The position numbers and the translations under genes are program-made. Of a DNA stretch of 64,000 nt, positions 28,643 through 38,453 are shown piece by piece (the stretch's first letter is position 1; each line of letters begins with the position of its first letter). The notes under the pieces were generated by a model. That model saw nothing but the letters and a program-made list of their open reading frames with translations, did no database searches and was not told the origin of the DNA. The DNA comes from an uncultured Armatimonadetes bacterium (GTDB taxonomy: Bacteria > Armatimonadota > UBA5829 > DTJY01): NCBI GenBank assembly GCA_963717145.1, contig OY970325.1, positions 3,360,001 through 3,424,000 of the forward strand. The letters are read 5' to 3'.

Positions 28643-29714
28643 TGTCCAGTCTCATGACATTATGAACACCGTGGGTTGAAAAGAAGGAGGTGCATGCGGT
28701 AGTCTCTTTGATGATCGCCAAACCAAAAAAGGAGACCACTCGCATGCAGATCCATTCTAACGCAACCAGCAATATGAAGCAACGGCGGTTTTTCAGGCAG
28801 AGTCCCAAGAGCTGCAGAAAGCTCGCAGATATCTGCCATGTATCGCCGGCAACAGTCTGCAAATGGAAGGCCCGGGGTGACCAGCAAGACCGCAGCAGTC
28901 GGCCCAGGAAGATCCATTATGCATTCAGCCCCGAAGAGGAGGAGATCATCCTCTCGCTCCGGGACAAAGGTCTAGCACTCGATGCACTGGTGCGTGCAGT
29001 AGTCACAGTTCTGCCGAATGCAGAACGCGCCAGTATACATCGCTTACTGAGCAGAAAAGGGGTGAGCAGACTCCCCCAGTACCAAAAAGAAAAGAGAGAA
29101 AGTCCAGGCAAGTTCAAAGAGTATCTGCCTGGATACCTTCACATAGACTGTTTCTACCTGCCCAAGATCGGGGGCAAGAGGAAGTATTGCTTCGTTGCGG
29201 TAGACAGAGCAACAAGGCTAGCCTTCCTCCAGGTGTACGACAACCTAACCAAGGAATCCGCAGTGGGCTTCCTTGGACTGTGCATGTGGTTCTATCCGTT
29301 CATGATCCACAAGATCCTGACAGACAACGGTAGAGAGTTCACTCTGGCCAATTGGAGCCGTTGGGGCAGTCCGGCGAAGAGACCTCACTTCTTTGATGAA
29401 GTATGCTCAGCCTGTGGTATTGAACACAGGCTCACCCGGCCGTATACACCAAAGACCAACGGTCTGGTGGAACGCATGAACGGACTGATCCAGGAGGGCA
29501 CGTACAAGATGCACAGATATCCTGGATATCCGGAGTTGATAGATGGACTCCACCAGTGGCTGACCATCTACAATCTAAGGAGACAGCACAGCGCGATCGG
29601 TGGCAAGACACCCTATGAGAAGGTCTGCGACTGGTACGCGCAAAGACCAGATCTGTTTATCAAAGAGCCTACCGACTTACTGAACTACCGTTCACAACGT
29701 GGTGGGACTTGACA
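28643..29714 (+). mobile_element. IS481-family insertion sequence (1072 bp)
   Basis: TGT...ACA ends, 25-bp terminal IRs (19/25 match), 6-bp direct repeat GTTAAT at 28637-28642 and 29715-29720, lower GC. Confidence 0.93.
28744..29712 (+). CDS. IS481 DDE transposase
   Basis: MQIHSNAT start, YLHID, ILTDNGREF, PKTNGLVERMN, YNLRRQHS. Confidence 0.92.
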   Translation: MQIHSNATSNMKQRRFFRQSPKSCRKLADICHVSPATVCKWKARGDQQDRSSRPRKIHYAFSPEEEEIILSLRDKGLALDALVRAVVTVLPNAERASIHRLLSRKGVSRLPQYQKEKRESPGKFKEYLPGYLHIDCFYLPKIGGKRKYCFVAVDRATRLAFLQVYDNLTKESAVGFLGLCMWFYPFMIHKILTDNGREFTLANWSRWGSPAKRPHFFDEVCSACGIEHRLTRPYTPKTNGLVERMNGLIQEGTYKMHRYPGYPELIDGLHQWLTIYNLRRQHSAIGGKTPYEKVCDWYAQRPDLFIKEPTDLLNYRSQRGGT

Positions 29715-29792
29715 GTTAATGGTTAAATGGCGGACGGGAAGCGGGTCTGCCATCAACCATTGACCATAAGGCATGACGAGTTAGGATAGTTT

Positions 29793-30119
29793 GTGGATAC
29801 ACGGGAACTCAAGAGACTCATAACGAAGGAGTTCGGCCACGGACTCGAACACGCCACTCCGGCCAACGTGCGTGACTTCCTCGACCGCATGGGGCTGAAC
29901 GTGATCAACCCGGAGGTCAAGGGAAGGATCATTCTCGAGGAACATGCCTCCTCGTACGAGGAGATCATCAAGGACTTCTTCGTGAAGGTGCTTGAACTGC
30001 CGAAGGACGAGGCGGTAATGCTCCTCTGGCTCCTCGCGTTCGACCTCACTTTCTCCGCCATTGAGCTACAGCACGAGGAGAAGCTCCGGACACTCTTCAA
30101 GGAACTCGAGGAGTCGTAG
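29793..30119 (+). CDS. Hypothetical protein (108 aa), probably leaderless
   Basis: Coding-like composition; TTGACC-16-TAGGAT ends 5 nt before the GTG. Confidence 0.7.
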   Translation: MDTRELKRLITKEFGHGLEHATPANVRDFLDRMGLNVINPEVKGRIILEEHASSYEEIIKDFFVKVLELPKDEAVMLLWLLAFDLTFSAIELQHEEKLRTLFKELEES

Positions 30120-30240
30120 GGGAGGCCTTCTACGGCCTCCCGTCCCGTCGTGGCGTTCAAGTCACCGGCGGCGGATCGGGACGGCGGCCGTTCCCTACAC
30201 GTGTCGCCGACAGCGGAACGGGACGGCGGCCGCTCCCCAC
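30116..30240. repeat. Cluster of GTAGGGA-type REP units
   Basis: GTAGGG-headed hairpin overlapping the stop codon, plus two ggacggcggccg...cccYac units; family also at 39640 and 62326. Confidence 0.75.
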
Positions 30241-30332
30241 TGATGCGATCCTCTGTTGCACCCACCCCACCCTTCCGATTATCATGGTACATAGGTGATG
30301 TCTCCCCATATCGAGGGGCGGGGGAATGGACT

Positions 30333-30359
30333 GAACTTTCATGCACATCATGCGTCAAC
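30333..30359 (+). promoter_or_regulatory. Putative autoregulatory ECF (sigmaE-type) promoter
   Basis: GAACTT-16-TCAAC immediately upstream of the ECF sigma gene. Confidence 0.6.
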
Positions 30360-30363
30360 AAGT

Positions 30364-30984
30364 ATGGAAAATACGATCTGCGCTGAGAGGAGCGTGGGCC
30401 GATTGATCAGTGCAGATGCCGTCCTCGTGCTCAGATGCAAGGAAGGCGATCGCGAAGCCTTTGATGAGATCGTCACGAGATACAAAGACGGGATCTACAA
30501 CTACATCACGCGAATGATCTCCAATCGGGACGAGGTCGATGACCTGGCCCAGGAGGTCTTTGTTCGCGCCTATTCGGGCCTGAAGTCCTTTCGCCAGGAT
30601 TCGAACCTGCGCACGTGGCTGTACAGAATAGCCAGCAACTTGTGCATCGACCGATACCGACGGGCAGGTGTCGAAAAGAAGCTGATCGTCCCGCTCGAAC
30701 GCGAGCAGCCTGATGACGAAGGCTCCAGGGAGATGGACCTCCCGGACCGGACCTACGATCCGCAGTTGGTGTGCGAGCGGACCGAGCTTCAAGCGCAGGT
30801 GCAGAAGGCGCTCTCGAGGCTCCCGGATAAGCTGCGGACGACGATACTGCTTTACGACATGGAGGGCCTCTCATATGAAGAGATCGCGGAGGCGCTCGAA
30901 GTGCCGGTCGGAACGGTGAAGTCCCGGCTGTTCAATGCCCGGATGCAGTTGAGGAACTGGCTGAAGGCATACGTGGAAGGATGA
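30364..30984 (+). CDS. ECF RNA polymerase sigma factor (RpoE/SigW-like)
   Basis: DLAQEVF, TWLYRIASNLCID, GTVKSRLFNAR; alternative start TTG 30403. Confidence 0.95.
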   Translation: MENTICAERSVGRLISADAVLVLRCKEGDREAFDEIVTRYKDGIYNYITRMISNRDEVDDLAQEVFVRAYSGLKSFRQDSNLRTWLYRIASNLCIDRYRRAGVEKKLIVPLEREQPDDEGSREMDLPDRTYDPQLVCERTELQAQVQKALSRLPDKLRTTILLYDMEGLSYEEIAEALEVPVGTVKSRLFNARMQLRNWLKAYVEG

Positions 30985-30991
30985 TGCAAAC

Positions 30992-31501
30992 ATGAACTGC
31001 AATCAGTTTGCGAAGTATATAACCGATTACGTGGACGGAACGCTCGGCAAGGGCGTGGCAGGCGACATGGAGATGCACATGAATCTCTGCCCTGACTGCA
31101 ATTCGCTCGTCACGGAACTCGAGAACACGTCATCGCTGATACGATCGCTCGACCGGCTGACCGCGCCGGACGGGTTTGAGCAGGCGTTGAACGCTCGGAT
31201 CGCGTCCACACCGGCGTCCGATCCCAACGCGTCCCTGCGACGGCGGCTGTTCGGATGGCTCGTCGGGCCGGCTCGGCGGCCGCTCATTCTGCGCCCGGTG
31301 TTCACGGCGTTGCTGATCTGCCTGGCGTTCGTCGGCTCGGTGCTCGTACAGAAGACATATTTCGCCCAGCCCGACATGGACTGGGAGTACCTGGGAGAAC
31401 TCCAGGCGCAGCACGCATCCTATGCGTCCGCAAACCCGCTCGCTGACGATTCGGCAATCATCCTCACGGAGCGGGCGAGAGATCTGGGAGAAGAGCTGTA
31501 G
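30992..31501 (+). CDS. Zinc-binding anti-sigma factor (zf-HC2) with one TM helix
   Basis: HMNLCPDC (HxxxCxxC) and a TM segment; follows the sigma gene. Confidence 0.88.
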   Translation: MNCNQFAKYITDYVDGTLGKGVAGDMEMHMNLCPDCNSLVTELENTSSLIRSLDRLTAPDGFEQALNARIASTPASDPNASLRRRLFGWLVGPARRPLILRPVFTALLICLAFVGSVLVQKTYFAQPDMDWEYLGELQAQHASYASANPLADDSAIILTERARDLGEEL

Positions 31502-31533
31502 CAAATGCGGAATGTATTTCTGAGTGAGATATT

Positions 31534-32541
31534 ATGAGGCTGAGACTGGCTCACATTTGGAATATCGGTCTGCTGATCTGCCTGACAGCGATGGCGGTCG
31601 GGGTTGCCCACGCCGAGATCGATCCCGTGACGATCCTGCGCAACATGCTCAATGCTGAGGGTACCGCCTCGTTTACCGCGTATCAGGTCACGACGATCTC
31701 CAGAGGGCCGGCCGTTACGTCCGAGCAGATCGTCTTTCGCCAGGGGTATCAGGGGATGCGCATGGAATACGAGTCGCCCCCGAAGCTCAAAGGCGAGGTC
31801 CTGGCTGACGACGGGCGTGTGAGCGCACACCTCATCCCCTCTCAGCGGGTCGTCAGGTTGCATCCGTCCAGGCTCCTGGTGCTCCGCCAGCGGACTGAAC
31901 AGGCCGCCCAGGCCCTGGCGAAGGGTCACCTGCGCGTCGAACTCGTAGGCAAAGACAAGATCGCGGACCAGACCGCCTACGTCCTGATCGTTAGACCACG
32001 CCGTGGAGACCAGGGTCCGGTCCGCAAGTTCTGGATCGATGCCACAAAGTGGGTCAAGCTCAAGACTGAGGATGTCGCGCCGAACGGCGCGGTCGTTTCC
32101 ACTTCGTACTACACGAGGATTCAGTACCTGAACGACGTACCGGATGGCAAGTTCCGCATCGAGCCGCCGCCGGGGTATCAAGTACAGCGCGATGTGGGCC
32201 CCCCGGGTCTGCTCCCGATCGAGAAGGCCCTGAAGATGGTCAAGTTCGCGGTTGTTCGACCGGAGTACTTGCCGCCGGGGTTCAAGCTGGCCGGCGCGGC
32301 GGTCGAACCTTTCCGCGGGAGTCATATTCTCGGGCTGAGATATACCAACAACGTGACCTCGTTCTCACTCTTTGAAACGCCCGAGAAGTCGCTGAATCCG
32401 AAGTTCATGCAGCGTCTCCACGAGGGTCCGGTCCGCCCGGGCAAGGGGATTTATTCCTGGCGGAGAGGCGCTCTGAACCTCACACTGGTCGGAACTCTGC
32501 CATCGGACCAGATCAAGCGGATCGTAGCTTCGATGAAGTAA
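31534..32541 (+). CDS. MucB/RseB-like (LolA-fold) periplasmic regulator
   Basis: Signal peptide, FWIDAT, PEYLPPGF, YTNNVTSFSLFE; third gene of the ECF operon. Confidence 0.8.
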   Translation: MRLRLAHIWNIGLLICLTAMAVGVAHAEIDPVTILRNMLNAEGTASFTAYQVTTISRGPAVTSEQIVFRQGYQGMRMEYESPPKLKGEVLADDGRVSAHLIPSQRVVRLHPSRLLVLRQRTEQAAQALAKGHLRVELVGKDKIADQTAYVLIVRPRRGDQGPVRKFWIDATKWVKLKTEDVAPNGAVVSTSYYTRIQYLNDVPDGKFRIEPPPGYQVQRDVGPPGLLPIEKALKMVKFAVVRPEYLPPGFKLAGAAVEPFRGSHILGLRYTNNVTSFSLFETPEKSLNPKFMQRLHEGPVRPGKGIYSWRRGALNLTLVGTLPSDQIKRIVASMK

Positions 32542-32583
32542 GGCAATGGACAGCCGCTCCCCTCACCTGCTATAGTTCCCTCG

Positions 32584-33726
32584 ATGCTGCAAGTCCACGA
32601 GATCGATGACGACCGCCAACTCGACGAGCTGACTCCGGAGTGGAATGACCTCCTCGGCCGATGCAGCCACGCCGGGATCTTTCAGACTCCGGAGTGGCTC
32701 ACGACATGCCGCCGGTTCTTCGGACGCGGATCCTGTCTGACTGCGCTGGCGGTCAGGGACGGCGGTCTGCTGGTCGGCCTTGCTCCGTTCGAGATCGCGC
32801 ACATCTACGGGCTGCCACTACGCAGGCTGCGCTTCGTCGGCAATGGGCGGTCAGACTACCTCGATATCATCGCCGATGACGGCTCGGCGGAGGATGTCCT
32901 CCAGGCGGTCTTCGCATGGCTAACCGAGCATCGATCCCGATGGGACATCGTCGACCTGCAGGAGATCCCCGAGGGAGAGTATGGGAGTGTGGGAGTATGG
33001 GAGTGTGGGAGTCCGGATACCCCGACACTCCCATACTCCCACACCCCCACACTCTCCCACTCCCTCTTCGACCAGGAGCTGTGCCCGTACATGCCGCTCG
33101 CGCCGACGTGGGAGGAGACAATCGCGGGCCTGGGCAAGAAGATGCGGTACAACCTCGGCTACTACGAGCGCCTGATGCGCCGCCGGTTCGACGTTGAGAT
33201 GGGGACGTTCGACGGCGATCGGCTCGATGAAGGGTTGGACGCGCTGTTCCGGCTTCATACTGAGCGATGGAAGAAACGATGGCTCCCCGGCGTGCTCTCG
33301 GGCGACCACACTCGCGCCTTCCACCGAGAGCTGGCGGCACTATTCATGGGGCGCGGATGGCTCAGATTCCACACTCTCCGGCTCGACGGCGAGATCAAGG
33401 CCGTCCTCTACTGCCTCGCATACAAGTCGAAGACCTGCTACTATATCGGCGGATTCGACCCGGAGTTGGCCAGGTACAGCCTCGGCACCGTGCTCACCGG
33501 AAGCGCGATCAGTCAGGCCGTCCGGGAAGGCTGCACTGAGTTCGACTTCCTGCGCGGTGACGAGGGGTACAAGACGCATTGGACGGATCAGGCGCGCATG
33601 AATCGCAGGCTCATCGTCGGGAAACGCGGGATCCGTTCATCGGCGTGCTCGGGCGTGTGCCGATTCGAGATGAAGGCCGAGCACGCCGCGAAGAAATGGA
33701 TGCACCATCACTTCGCCTGCAGATGA
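32584..33726 (+). CDS. GNAT-family acetyltransferase (CelD/BcsL-like)
   Basis: FQTPEWL, SDYLD, YSLGTVL, FDFLRGDEGYK. Confidence 0.85.
   Translation: MLQVHEIDDDRQLDELTPEWNDLLGRCSHAGIFQTPEWLTTCRRFFGRGSCLTALAVRDGGLLVGLAPFEIAHIYGLPLRRLRFVGNGRSDYLDIIADDGSAEDVLQAVFAWLTEHRSRWDIVDLQEIPEGEYGSVGVWECGSPDTPTLPYSHTPTLSHSLFDQELCPYMPLAPTWEETIAGLGKKMRYNLGYYERLMRRRFDVEMGTFDGDRLDEGLDALFRLHTERWKKRWLPGVLSGDHTRAFHRELAALFMGRGWLRFHTLRLDGEIKAVLYCLAYKSKTCYYIGGFDPELARYSLGTVLTGSAISQAVREGCTEFDFLRGDEGYKTHWTDQARMNRRLIVGKRGIRSSACSGVCRFEMKAEHAAKKWMHHHFACR
32975..33056. repeat. Inverted octamer repeat in frame within the GNAT gene
   Basis: Near-identical to the intergenic copy at 9538-9615; encodes EYGSVGVWECGSPDTPTLPYSHTPTLS. 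Confidence 0.88.
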
Positions 33727-33916
33727 GGTCGCATCGGCAGGCGAGAGACCGAGGGACTAGAGAACGACTTATTTCATGGTTTATCGAGCGAGAAAGAGGG
33801 TATTGGAGCTACGATAGCGCATGTTGAATTGGATACGGTAAGAGATCAGCGCGGAACTCCCAATCCGTATCCCCATACCGGCGCGGGAGCGCGCCACAAT
33901 CAAGGAGGAAACTGGG

Positions 33917-34743
33917 ATGAAACTAAGGACTGTCTCACTCACGCTGATCGCACTGTGCCTCATCATTCTGGCAAGTGGCGCTCAGGCCGTGCCCACGGTC
34001 GAAGTCACCGGATCGTTCTTCAGCACCATGCCGAGTCCGCATGGCTTGTGCGCGCAGCTCTTACCATGGGCGAGCGGCAAACCGACCACGTTCACCGGGA
34101 TAACGCCCTACACCATCAAGGTGAAGGCCGGACCTGTGAACACGAATGCGCTTGGCATCGCGTGTGTGAATGCCAACTGGGCACAAAACATCTACACGGT
34201 CACGGCCTACTCGAAGCTGAACGGCACCGGGCCAACTTCGCCGCCGGTCGCGGTGTCGCGCTTCAACCCGAAGTACTTCTGTGGACTTCAGGGCGGCGGG
34301 GCGCTGCATCTCCTGAGCTACGATGTGTGGCCCAATATCCAGCATCAGGTCCTACCGGAGCGCCAGGCGACCTATGCCATAATCGACAAGAAGAACCCGG
34401 GGAAGAACTTCGGGATACTCTACTATGACAACGACAACCCGCTTGGGGCGGTTTCGTTCGTCGCCAAGAGCTACGAAAACGCCATGTATACGCCGGTGAT
34501 CGGAATTCCCCCTACACCACGGTACAATTCCTCGGCGTGGGACGGGCTGTGTTCGGCGGCGTTCCGAAGATCGTTCACTACGTGGTCAGGGCCGACAACC
34601 TCCCCGATGACAACCGGTTCTACATCGAGTTGTGGAGCATCGACTGGCACCTGCTGTATGAATCGGCCGGAACGAGTCTGGTTGATCAGGCCGCCGAGCA
34701 GCACGTGTATGACGGCAAGAACGTGATCGTCATCTGTCCGTAG
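33917..34743 (+). CDS. Hypothetical secreted protein, probable frameshift near 34550
   Basis: AGGAGG SD and signal peptide; coding-like sequence continues in ORF 34537..34743. Confidence 0.6.
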
Positions 34744-34778
34744 GCAGACTGCAAACTGCTGACGGAAGTAAATGCAAG

Positions 34779-34807
34779 TTGGGGCAGGAGTTGAACTCCT
34801 GCCCCAA
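34779..34807. repeat. GGAGTnnnACTCC hairpin
   Basis: ttggggcaggagt tga actcctgccccaa. Confidence 0.8.
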
Positions 34808-34809
34808 AC

Positions 34810-34917
34810 TCATCTGAGCACCCCTATTCCAATCTGATACCGGCTGCCTATGCGAGCCACTTCCCAGCCGTTGTCTCTCAGTAGTTTGATGATCTCCCTG
34901 CCTGAGTAGGCCTTCAC
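34810..34917 (-). pseudogene. Truncated HicA-like toxin (35 aa)
   Basis: GTG overlaps the hicB TGA; MKAYSGREIIKLLRDNGWEVARIGSR..., lacks the GSH histidine and the C-terminal half. Confidence 0.6.
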
Positions 34918-35120
34918 ACCGAAATCTCCACGACCTCTCGCACCCTCTCGGGGGAACCCTTTCGGTCATTCAGGACCGCGAGGCAGCCGCGGATAGCCTC
35001 TCGCAGATTGTCGTGAAGCTCCTGGAGTGTCTCGCCCTGAGTCAGGCAACCGGGCAGCGCGGGGACCTCCGCCCAGTACCCGCCTTCTTCAGCATCGTGT
35101 ATGATCGCCTTGAACGTCAT
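34914..35120 (-). CDS. hicB: HicB-like antitoxin (short form)
   Basis: GGYWAEVPALPGCLTQGET...NLREAI. Confidence 0.88.
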   Translation of the reverse strand: MTFKAIIHDAEEGGYWAEVPALPGCLTQGETLQELHDNLREAIRGCLAVLNDRKGSPERVREVVEISV

Positions 35121-35252
35121 TGTCTTCGGACCTCAGTCAACGCAGTTAGGTGCAGCTTCATTATGCCACAATGCTCCGCTGAAACACGGTGCGCAAGTCC
35201 AACTCCCGCCCCCCGATGATGGAGTTCCTCCGTGTCCTCTGTGCCTCCGTGG

Positions 35253-36536
35253 TCAGCCCGCCAAACCTCGCAGAAGCTGACCCGCCGCGTTGGCCATCCG
35301 CACTCCCGCGGACGGCTCGAGGGTCGCCGAGAGGATCGGCATCGTCTCGTAGGTGCCGGGGTAGAACGCATCGAGCGTCGGGATGTAGCCGAATGTCCCG
35401 TTCGCAAGCTCGCCGACGAAGGTCTGATCGAACGGCGACCACTCCTTGATACTCAGCCCATACTGCACGAAGTACTCGCCCGGTATACCGACGAACGCCG
35501 TATCGCCGATGCGGAGCGCCTGCACCTCCGCATGCGCGGTCTGACCGTCGAGGTCGTACTCCTCGATGCGGATCGCCTGTGCGATCTCGATCTCGCTCGC
35601 CTTCTCGTCTCGGCGGATATCGGCCGCGCGCTCCCGGAGCGCTTGAGTCATAGGATGGTACATGATATCGAGCGTCTCCGCGGATACCCCCAGCTTCTCG
35701 CTCTCCATCGGTTTCGACATCTCGGACGCCGACAGGACCTTGCCGGCGATCACGCGGGCGATCCTCACCATCTCGGCTTCGTTGCTCTGTTGGTCGGGAT
35801 CATCGATGTCCCGATGGTTGATGTTTCCGCACGTGCCCTGCATGTAGATCACCAGCGGGTGATTCGGATAGAGCGAGCTGACGATGCGGGACATCTCGGC
35901 GGGATGGTCGCCGGAGATCTCGACGCCGCCGATGGTATCGGGATGGAGGGCATAGTTGGCGATGATGGCGACCGGCTGCTTGTCCGGGCCGTCGATGCGC
36001 AGGACGTTCACCTGCGGGTCGATCGGTCCGTCCGGGCCGACGATATTCGGGTCGCACTTCGCCGGGTTGAACTTGACCGTGCCGTCCTTCATCCGGAACC
36101 GGCGATTGAACGCGACGCCGTCCTCATACTCCTCGCCGAGCCGGAGCGTCGCCGGTCGGAGCGTCGCATTGGCGCGGATGATCGCATCGGCGACCATCTG
36201 AGGCAGCCGTCCGATCCACGCCTGGTTGATCGGAACGTGCTTGTTCGGATGCGTCTCCGGGCCGGTGTGTGTATGAGTCGCCGAGACCCAGATGTTCTCA
36301 GCGGGGATGCCGGTCGCCTCCGAAACGATCTGTCGCGTCTTGTCGACCTCCCCGCGCATCATCCGGCACAGGTCGCACACGACGAACGCGACTCTGATGC
36401 CGCCGTCATCGAGGACGACGGCCTTCGCCTGCAGGTCATCGCGTACCCCGGTGGATACCCGATCGTGGAAATACCCGGCGAGCGACGTGCCCACCGGCGG
36501 TGTGATCACCGAACTGCCGACTCCGACTTTGATCAT
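35253..36536 (-). CDS. Neutral/alkaline ceramidase N-terminal-domain family hydrolase
   Basis: ITPPVG, SATHTHTGP, NYALHP, GIPGEYF, GYIPT. Confidence 0.8.
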   Translation of the reverse strand: MIKVGVGSSVITPPVGTSLAGYFHDRVSTGVRDDLQAKAVVLDDGGIRVAFVVCDLCRMMRGEVDKTRQIVSEATGIPAENIWVSATHTHTGPETHPNKHVPINQAWIGRLPQMVADAIIRANATLRPATLRLGEEYEDGVAFNRRFRMKDGTVKFNPAKCDPNIVGPDGPIDPQVNVLRIDGPDKQPVAIIANYALHPDTIGGVEISGDHPAEMSRIVSSLYPNHPLVIYMQGTCGNINHRDIDDPDQQSNEAEMVRIARVIAGKVLSASEMSKPMESEKLGVSAETLDIMYHPMTQALRERAADIRRDEKASEIEIAQAIRIEEYDLDGQTAHAEVQALRIGDTAFVGIPGEYFVQYGLSIKEWSPFDQTFVGELANGTFGYIPTLDAFYPGTYETMPILSATLEPSAGVRMANAAGQLLRGLAG

Positions 36537-36641
36537 GGTTTTCTCCTCTTAGCTTCTCAGAAGCTAGCCCAATCCACACACACCGCACATCTGGCGGCCT
36601 GGTAAGGAAAGCTAGACTCTGCTAAGTTCTTCAAGGTTCTT

Positions 36642-36710
36642 TCAGAACTTTCAGAACTTTTCAGAACTTTTCAGAACTTTTCAGAACTTTTCAGAACTTT
36701 TCAGAACTTT
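36642..36710. repeat. 10-bp tandem repeat (TCAGAACTTT) x ~7
   Basis: Directly visible; overlaps the end of the AlbA_2 gene. Confidence 0.92.
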
Positions 36711-38426
36711 TGTTGCTCTCCTGCGAGCGGATATAAACCTCGCAGGCGATATCGTCATGCCTCTCGTCCTGCCTTCAGATCGCAGAATACCCAAGCTAAC
36801 CATGCGCTTGAGTACGTAGGATGCCCGGCTGTAGTCCACATTCAACAACCCCCGTACAGCAGGATTGGTCACATATTCGTGACTGGCAAGATACTCGACT
36901 ACCTTAGCCTCGCTTTCTGATAGACTCGGCAACGATATATCGTGCTGCCCTAGGTGATTCGCCAATGTATAGTGGGCTCCCCCTCGCGTACTGTGCTGAT
37001 AGATCAGCCCTTGGTCTACCAGGTTGCGTAGGTCCTTTGTGGCCGATCGCCCATCAACGAAACTGAGCCTTTGATGGTCTCTATTGGCGATATGACCATG
37101 GCGTCGCATGTACACCAACGCTAGCCGTTGGTGATCGTTCAGCTTCATACCTGAGAACTGTCCTAGCCATTGCACCGCTCGCGCATCCATCATTGTGTGG
37201 TTCTGAAAGGTAACGCAGAATGATGCCTTGCGATCTGCAAACTGAGGCGGTTCAAGACTCGCTTGACGCATTGCCTGAACGATCGTCATGATTCCAGATC
37301 CTCGATTCTCGACTAACCGAAAGTCTTCGAGCATACGCATTAGTATTGAGTTGCGTGTCGACCGCTCATGATCGATATTGTCCTCAGTAACAGCCCCATA
37401 TAGACCTCCCGGGCTTTGGATCTCCAGCCGATCTGCGAACATGCGCACCTGGATGTACGAGCCCTTCACGTAATCGCTGTAATCCCTATGTGCGACGGCA
37501 TTCACAAGAGCTTCCCGGATGGCAACAACAGGGTACTCGGGTATGTCCTGCCTTAGAAGGCCGGTGATGAGCGCGCGAGTCTGCATCTGAGCTTCTATAC
37601 GATTGAGAGTATCGTTCAACAGCTCAGGAATTCTGCCTTCGAACTTCCTGTTATCGAGGAATCGCTCACCATGTGGCCCGGGCGTTGTCTCATCAGTCCC
37701 TGCGAATCGAAGAAACGTCACGACCAGAGAGGGGAAGAACTGCTGAGGATACTTGCCGAACATCAACACTCCGGCCAAGGTCGGATACACCAGTCCATCC
37801 TGTTCTACTGCAATCCGGAGGGTGGTCAGTTGTCGCCCTCGCGGCATCTCTTGGAGGTGTAGCCTTGGCATGGCCTTGTGGCGTAGAGCGACGTACTCAT
37901 CAACGAGCGTATGCTCGAGATCGTCCAGCGACGCCTCTCTGACTGGTTCGACATCATTCCTTGGCTGCTTTCTCGCGCTGATGCAGAGGTAGATCTCGTA
38001 GTCACTCATGCGACGATTGCTGGCCCCCACTCTGACATACGAACCCTTGTACAGGCCAGCAGTCTTGACGTAGCATGGTTTCCTGGCCGGGTCGCATTCA
38101 GGCACTTCAGCAGCCAACACTATTTGTCCGCCGAATCGCGTCACTGAAGGTTCCACTCGAATCGGCGGTTCCATGCTATCCGCGGCCAAACTGACGATGT
38201 CTGCCTGCATCTTGGCGACATCTTGTACTCCGGTGACAGCAAAGCCCTTGTTCTCGTCTACTCCGAGCAGTATTACCCCTCCCCCTCTCTGGTTACTGAG
38301 AGCGGAGAGTGATTCATGGAGTCGCGGCAACTCGGAAGCCGCCGTCTTGGCTTCCACGTCGCATAACTCCAAGCGCCTGGTCTGCAATCCCTCGATCAGT
38401 TCCTGCACCTGCTGTGCGTCAAGCAA
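36681..38426 (-). CDS. AlbA_2 (Schlafen-like) plus HATPase_c_4 plus winged-helix protein
   Basis: VEAK...SALSN.GGVILLGV, REALVNAVAHRDY, ENRGSG; lower GC than flanks. Confidence 0.85.
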   Translation of the reverse strand: MLDAQQVQELIEGLQTRRLELCDVEAKTAASELPRLHESLSALSNQRGGGVILLGVDENKGFAVTGVQDVAKMQADIVSLAADSMEPPIRVEPSVTRFGGQIVLAAEVPECDPARKPCYVKTAGLYKGSYVRVGASNRRMSDYEIYLCISARKQPRNDVEPVREASLDDLEHTLVDEYVALRHKAMPRLHLQEMPRGRQLTTLRIAVEQDGLVYPTLAGVLMFGKYPQQFFPSLVVTFLRFAGTDETTPGPHGERFLDNRKFEGRIPELLNDTLNRIEAQMQTRALITGLLRQDIPEYPVVAIREALVNAVAHRDYSDYVKGSYIQVRMFADRLEIQSPGGLYGAVTEDNIDHERSTRNSILMRMLEDFRLVENRGSGIMTIVQAMRQASLEPPQFADRKASFCVTFQNHTMMDARAVQWLGQFSGMKLNDHQRLALVYMRRHGHIANRDHQRLSFVDGRSATKDLRNLVDQGLIYQHSTRGGAHYTLANHLGQHDISLPSLSESEAKVVEYLASHEYVTNPAVRGLLNVDYSRASYVLKRMVSLGILRSEGRTRGMTISPARFISARRRATKVLKSSEKF

Positions 38427-38453
38427 GACCGGTACTCCTCAGTCGCGGTAACC

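Noticed and set aside
36642-36710. Tandem repeat as a CRISPR array
   Set aside because: 10-bp units with no spacers, and no cas genes in the window
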